DNA from: Methanocaldococcus sp. 16A
GTDB taxonomy: Archaea; AGJL01; Methanococci; Methanococcales; Methanocaldococcaceae
Assembly (NCBI GenBank): GCA_049860595.1
Contig: CP187551.1
DNA: 64,000 nucleotides
Strand: one strand, 5' to 3'
In this document: piece by piece, positions 59,659 through 64,000 of the stretch
Position numbering within the stretch: the first letter of the stretch is position 1
Layout: each line of letters begins with the position of its first letter
The notes under the pieces: model-generated
What the model saw: the letters and a program-made list of their open reading frames with translations, nothing else
What the model was told of the DNA's origin: nothing
The model's database searches: none
Made by a program: the position numbers and the translations under genes

Positions 59659-61215
59659 TTACAGAAATGTTTCTACCATTTTAAAAAGATTTGTGAATGG
59701 ATAATTACTTTTACTTGAGTAATTTTCTATTAAATCCTTATAATTGTTTTTAATATAATCCCAAAATTTAACTGTAATTCCTGCTTTTGAGTATCTTTCT
59801 GTAAAGTTAGTTTCTTTGTCAATATTTTCATCCCCAATACAAGATAAAAATATAGAAACTCCATTTACAAATCTAATAAACTCATCATAGTTTGTATCAT
59901 TGATTCTTCTTAATATGTCCATTAAATCGTTAAATATAATTACATTTTCCATGAAATATTCTTTAGACATTTTACTAATCTTTAAAATTCCAGAAATATT
60001 AAAATAAGAAGTAATATGTGTCTCTGTTGCAGTACGTGATATATATTTTAAATTCTCAACTCTATATTTATATCGTTTAACTTCTAAATATTTCTCGTAA
60101 TAAAACTCATAAAGAATTATAAAATACAAAACAAAAACTGTATCCAACAAATACCCTTTCCTTTCTCCATTTTCAATTCTTATTATTTCTGGAATTAATC
60201 CATCATCAATTTTAGAATTTTTAAACTCAGTTAAAATAGCATATTTATTTAAAACCTTCTTTAAATGTCTTGGATTTGTAAAATTAATTGCTTTAAAGAA
60301 CCTTTCAAGCTTTTCAGCTATTTTATCATCATTAAAGAACTCATATTGTTTAATAAATTCCTTCAATTCATAGGATTTAGGCATACTAAATGAGATATTA
60401 AAAATCTTTTCTAAATATTCTTCTGCTTTTATAACATCTCCATATTTTGTTTTAATTGCTTTAGAAACTGCATCTTTATCAACAGCTACAAAATATATTA
60501 TATTTTTGTTCTCTTTATCATCATCTCCTAAGCTAAAGAATAATTTAATTGATACTAACAAACTTAAAATATTCTCTGCTTCACATCTATCAAGTTCGTC
60601 AATAAAAACAATTAATTTTTTATTATATTCTCTAAGAATATTTGATAATTCCTTAAAACAATTTTTCAATTCTTTAACTTTTTGATGATATGACATTTCT
60701 TTAATATTATTATCATTATTATCCATAAAATAATCAACAGATTTTCCCACATCACACTCAAAATTTATTTCTGGAGCTCCTAAAAGTTGAACTAAGAATG
60801 GTGTTTTTACATTAAATTTTATCCCTTTTGCTAAACCTCCAAGCACATACAATCCAAGTTTAAGAGCTTTTTTAGCATTTTCTTCTATCTTATTTTTAAT
60901 ATCTTCCTTATCTTTAAATTTTTCTTCTAATTCATCCAAAATAAACTCCAATAAAGAATAAGGTAAATTATCATCCCTTTCATAGAGCCAAGCATCAAAT
61001 TTTAAGCAAATAAACTCATTTTTGTCTAATTTACTTATAATATGGTTTATTACGCTACTCTTTCCACTACCCCAAGGTCCGTAAAGAGCTATCATATTAT
61101 TCTTTTGTAAATAATCCCACCTATTTTTAATAAAATTTGTTATAACTTCTGCTTTCTTCTTTATCCCTAATCTATCATTTTCTAAGTCTTCTAATGCAGT
61201 ATCTGGGCTTAACAT
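59659..61215 (-). CDS. KAP-family P-loop NTPase
   Basis: DRLG, ALYGPWGSGKSS, FDAWLYE, VFIDELDRC, EYLEKIF, NPRHLK. Confidence 0.88.
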   Translation of the reverse strand: MLSPDTALEDLENDRLGIKKKAEVITNFIKNRWDYLQKNNMIALYGPWGSGKSSVINHIISKLDKNEFICLKFDAWLYERDDNLPYSLLEFILDELEEKFKDKEDIKNKIEENAKKALKLGLYVLGGLAKGIKFNVKTPFLVQLLGAPEINFECDVGKSVDYFMDNNDNNIKEMSYHQKVKELKNCFKELSNILREYNKKLIVFIDELDRCEAENILSLLVSIKLFFSLGDDDKENKNIIYFVAVDKDAVSKAIKTKYGDVIKAEEYLEKIFNISFSMPKSYELKEFIKQYEFFNDDKIAEKLERFFKAINFTNPRHLKKVLNKYAILTEFKNSKIDDGLIPEIIRIENGERKGYLLDTVFVLYFIILYEFYYEKYLEVKRYKYRVENLKYISRTATETHITSYFNISGILKISKMSKEYFMENVIIFNDLMDILRRINDTNYDEFIRFVNGVSIFLSCIGDENIDKETNFTERYSKAGITVKFWDYIKNNYKDLIENYSSKSNYPFTNLFKMVETFL

Positions 61216-61251
61216 AGTAATCCCTTTCTTATAACAAAAATAAAAAATAAT

Positions 61252-62460
61252 TTAAGTAGTATATTCAGCATTTATCCTTACATACTCATAACTTAAATCA
61301 CATCCATAACAAACATTTTCAAACTCTCCCATTTTTAAATCAACAACTATCTTTATCTCATCAGATTTCATAATCTCTTCAGCTTTTTTTAGCTCTTCAG
61401 TACCTTCATCAGCTAATGGAATCCCATCTTTAACTAAATAAACTTCATCTTCATAATTGCTCAATACAACATCAACAATATTTGGGTTAAAATCAGCTCC
61501 ACTGTATCCAACTGCTGCAACAATCCTTCCCCAATTTGGGTCTCCTCCAAACACAGCAGTTTTTACCAATAAAGAATTAACTATTGCCTTTGATGCTTTA
61601 ATAGCATCTTCCTCACTTTTAGCTCCTTTAACAACAACTTCCATAAACTTTGTAGCTCCTTCCCCATCCTTAACAATCATCTTGGCAAGTTCTCTGCAAA
61701 CATACAATAGAGCATTTTCAAACTCTTCTTTGCATTCATTATAATTAACTCCACTCAATCCATTAGCTAAAATAAAGACAGTATCATTTGTTGAAGTGTC
61801 ACCATCAACAGATATATTGTTGAAAGTTTTATCCACAACTCTCTGCAAAACTTCTGTTAAGCTTTTTTTATCAATCTCAATATCTGTTGTTATAAAGCAA
61901 AGCATAGTAGCATGTAGCATATTTGGAGCAATCATTCCTGCTCCTTTTGCTATCCCACCTACTCTAACTATCTTTCCATTAACTTCAAACTCTACAGCTA
62001 TTTCTTTTGGTTTTGTATCTGTTGTCATTATTGCTTTAGCGGCATTTATTGAACTGTTTCCTTCTTTTATCAAATTATAGACCTTATTTATTCTACTCCT
62101 GATAATATCCATATCCATCTTCCTTCCGATAACTCCAGTTGATGCTACTAAAACTTCCTCCTCTTTAATATTAAAAAGCTCTGCCACCAATCTTTGCATC
62201 TCTTTAGCATCTTCCATACCATCTTTTGTAAAGCAGTTTGCATTCCCACTATTTGCTACTATTGCTCTAAATTTATCCCTATTTTTTATTAATTCTCTTG
62301 ATAAAACTACTGGATGAGCCACAACTTTGTTAGTTGTAAAAACTCCAGAACCAACTGCCTCTTTTTCAGAGATAATTATTGCTACTCCATATTTGCCCTC
62401 TTTATACCCATTAGCTTTAAAACCCTTTGGAGCTACAACTCCACCATCAATAATTTTCAT
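61252..62460 (-). CDS. argJ: Ornithine acetyltransferase
   Basis: NSGNAN, STGVIG, KGAGMIAPNM..TML, DTSTND, DGEGATK, NAEYTT. Confidence 0.97.
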   Translation of the reverse strand: MKIIDGGVVAPKGFKANGYKEGKYGVAIIISEKEAVGSGVFTTNKVVAHPVVLSRELIKNRDKFRAIVANSGNANCFTKDGMEDAKEMQRLVAELFNIKEEEVLVASTGVIGRKMDMDIIRSRINKVYNLIKEGNSSINAAKAIMTTDTKPKEIAVEFEVNGKIVRVGGIAKGAGMIAPNMLHATMLCFITTDIEIDKKSLTEVLQRVVDKTFNNISVDGDTSTNDTVFILANGLSGVNYNECKEEFENALLYVCRELAKMIVKDGEGATKFMEVVVKGAKSEEDAIKASKAIVNSLLVKTAVFGGDPNWGRIVAAVGYSGADFNPNIVDVVLSNYEDEVYLVKDGIPLADEGTEELKKAEEIMKSDEIKIVVDLKMGEFENVCYGCDLSYEYVRINAEYTT

Positions 62461-62473
62461 TGTTTCTCACCAA

Positions 62474-62911
62474 TTATTCTTTTTTTAGTTCAATTAGAGC
62501 AATCTTCTCTAAAACTCTTTCAACAACATTACCAAAACCTTTGATATCAAAAACTTCTCTAATCAATTTTTCTTTTTCTTCATTAATCTCTAAAATAGAA
62601 TCATCAATCTCCCCACCAATTAATTTATGAACTTTTTTAAATGTTTCTTCATCTTCACAAACTAAACAAATATTTCCATCCTTTGCTCCAATAATCTTTA
62701 TAGCCTCATTAATCTGCCTCTGTCCAGAGGCTCTAACTAAAATTTCCATCCAGAAATTCCTTGCTATTGGTTTTTTTGTCTTTGCTTGATTTATAGCATG
62801 TAAAACATGTTTCTTTGTGGCTATTAAATCAGCATTTAAAATTTGAAACTTTAAACCCAAATTAAAGATATCATTATTTATCTTTGCATCTCTTATTCCT
62901 CTAATTATCAT
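62474..62911 (-). CDS. cgi121: KEOPS complex subunit Cgi121
   Basis: QILNAD, H...A, EILVRASGQRQINEAI..G. Confidence 0.9.
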   Translation of the reverse strand: MIIRGIRDAKINNDIFNLGLKFQILNADLIATKKHVLHAINQAKTKKPIARNFWMEILVRASGQRQINEAIKIIGAKDGNICLVCEDEETFKKVHKLIGGEIDDSILEINEEKEKLIREVFDIKGFGNVVERVLEKIALIELKKE

Positions 62912-62913
62912 AA

Positions 62914-63711
62914 TTATCCCAACACTCCATTTTTGTTGTATTTTATTACTTTAACACTATTCTCATCATCGCTATCAACAATCTTAACATCTTTCAATGA
63001 TTTTAAATTCATAATCTCAGCTGTCTTCTCTATCCCAAGCTTTTTATCAGTATCTAAGTAAATAACATAAGCATCTAACTTTGGCACTCCCATCTTATAT
63101 GCAGCAACTGCCCTATGATGCCCATCTACTAATATATAATAATCTCCTCTTTTTGTTTTTATTGCAATTATTGGCTCCGCTAAACCCTTTTTTAGTTCAT
63201 ACATTCTACCAACTAATTCATCAGCGTGAATTTTGTTTTGAGTAGGCTTTAATTTATTAACTTCGACCTCTTCCTTCTCAACTTTCAAATTGTATCCCAA
63301 GTTTTTATAGGTTTTAATAATATTTTCTAACTTTTTAGGAGTTGTTTTTTCTATTTGAGACCTGATAACATCCATATTTGATATAATTCCAATTAGATTA
63401 TTTTCTTCATCAACAACAGGCAATTTTGAAAAACCAGTTCTAAACATAATCCTTCCAACATCCATTATATTGGCATCAGGTGTTGTAACAACCATATCTT
63501 CTCTTTTAGTCATCACATTTTCTACTCTCTCATTATCATCTTTTCCTACAATATCATGAACTGAGACAATTCCAATCAATTTTCCATTTTCTACAACTGG
63601 AAATGAATTATGCCCTGTCTCTTTCAGTAATTTAATAACATCCTTAACAGTATTATCCTTTGAAACTGTAACAACCTTTTTTGTCATATATTCAGAGACT
63701 TTTACTGACAT
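62914..63711 (-). CDS. CBS-pair plus ParB/Srx-like domain protein
   Basis: Two CBS repeats, then LKPTQ...LVDGHHR. Confidence 0.88.
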   Translation of the reverse strand: MSVKVSEYMTKKVVTVSKDNTVKDVIKLLKETGHNSFPVVENGKLIGIVSVHDIVGKDDNERVENVMTKREDMVVTTPDANIMDVGRIMFRTGFSKLPVVDEENNLIGIISNMDVIRSQIEKTTPKKLENIIKTYKNLGYNLKVEKEEVEVNKLKPTQNKIHADELVGRMYELKKGLAEPIIAIKTKRGDYYILVDGHHRAVAAYKMGVPKLDAYVIYLDTDKKLGIEKTAEIMNLKSLKDVKIVDSDDENSVKVIKYNKNGVLG

Positions 63712-64000
63712 AATGCCATCCTCATAAAATTTTTAAATTAGGACTTTTAGATGAATGCAAGTAATTATGAACCTTCTTTAGCATTATAAATATTTTAGTA
63801 ATATATAAATATATAAATTTCAAAGTAATTAGAGGTTATAATTAGCTTTTCTAAAATTATATGACTCATCGGATAATCTTTATTGCCTAAATTTTATATG
63901 CCACATAATTCTACTTAATCAATATATTTATAAATTTGTAGTTGATATCAAACATGTTAAAACCGAAAATAATATATAACTATACCTACAATTAATCATA

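Overview
AT-rich archaeal chromosomal segment from a hyperthermophilic methanogen of the Methanocaldococcus type, judged from the 16S/23S rRNA, ACDS/CODH genes, NrpR, archaeal histone and gene order. Most of it is housekeeping: guaB, birA, sirC-hemA, GTP cyclohydrolase III, cbf5, an Lrp regulator beside the acsB/cdhABC cluster, a 16S-tRNA(Ala)-23S operon on the minus strand, nrpR, gatB, ilvN, DNA ligase, pelota, the rpl3-rpl4-rpl23-rpl2-rps19 operon, argJ and cgi121. Two families of short palindromic MITE-like repeats occupy the intergenic spaces. The outstanding feature is a tightly coupled nine-gene minus-strand operon (11689-21918) next to a decayed archaeal-ATPase gene. It encodes a 2-hydroxyacyl-CoA-dehydratase-like Fe-S protein, its ASKHA ATPase activator, a GNAT acetyltransferase, a stand-alone TGT/DpdA-like transglycosylase, a BrxA-sized protein, a small P-loop protein, a ~1280-aa BrxC-like ATPase, a PglZ-like phosphatase and a HerA-like ATPase. 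I infer a BREX-like defence system whose self-mark is a 7-deazaguanine base in DNA, possibly further reduced and acetylated, rather than a methyl group. Other points of note are gene-conversion tracts between the two ACS beta genes, candidate Ptr1 operators, a duplicated nrpR 3' end and a structured rpl3 leader. All family calls come from motif recognition by eye; no searches were run, and M. jannaschii locus comparisons are from recall.
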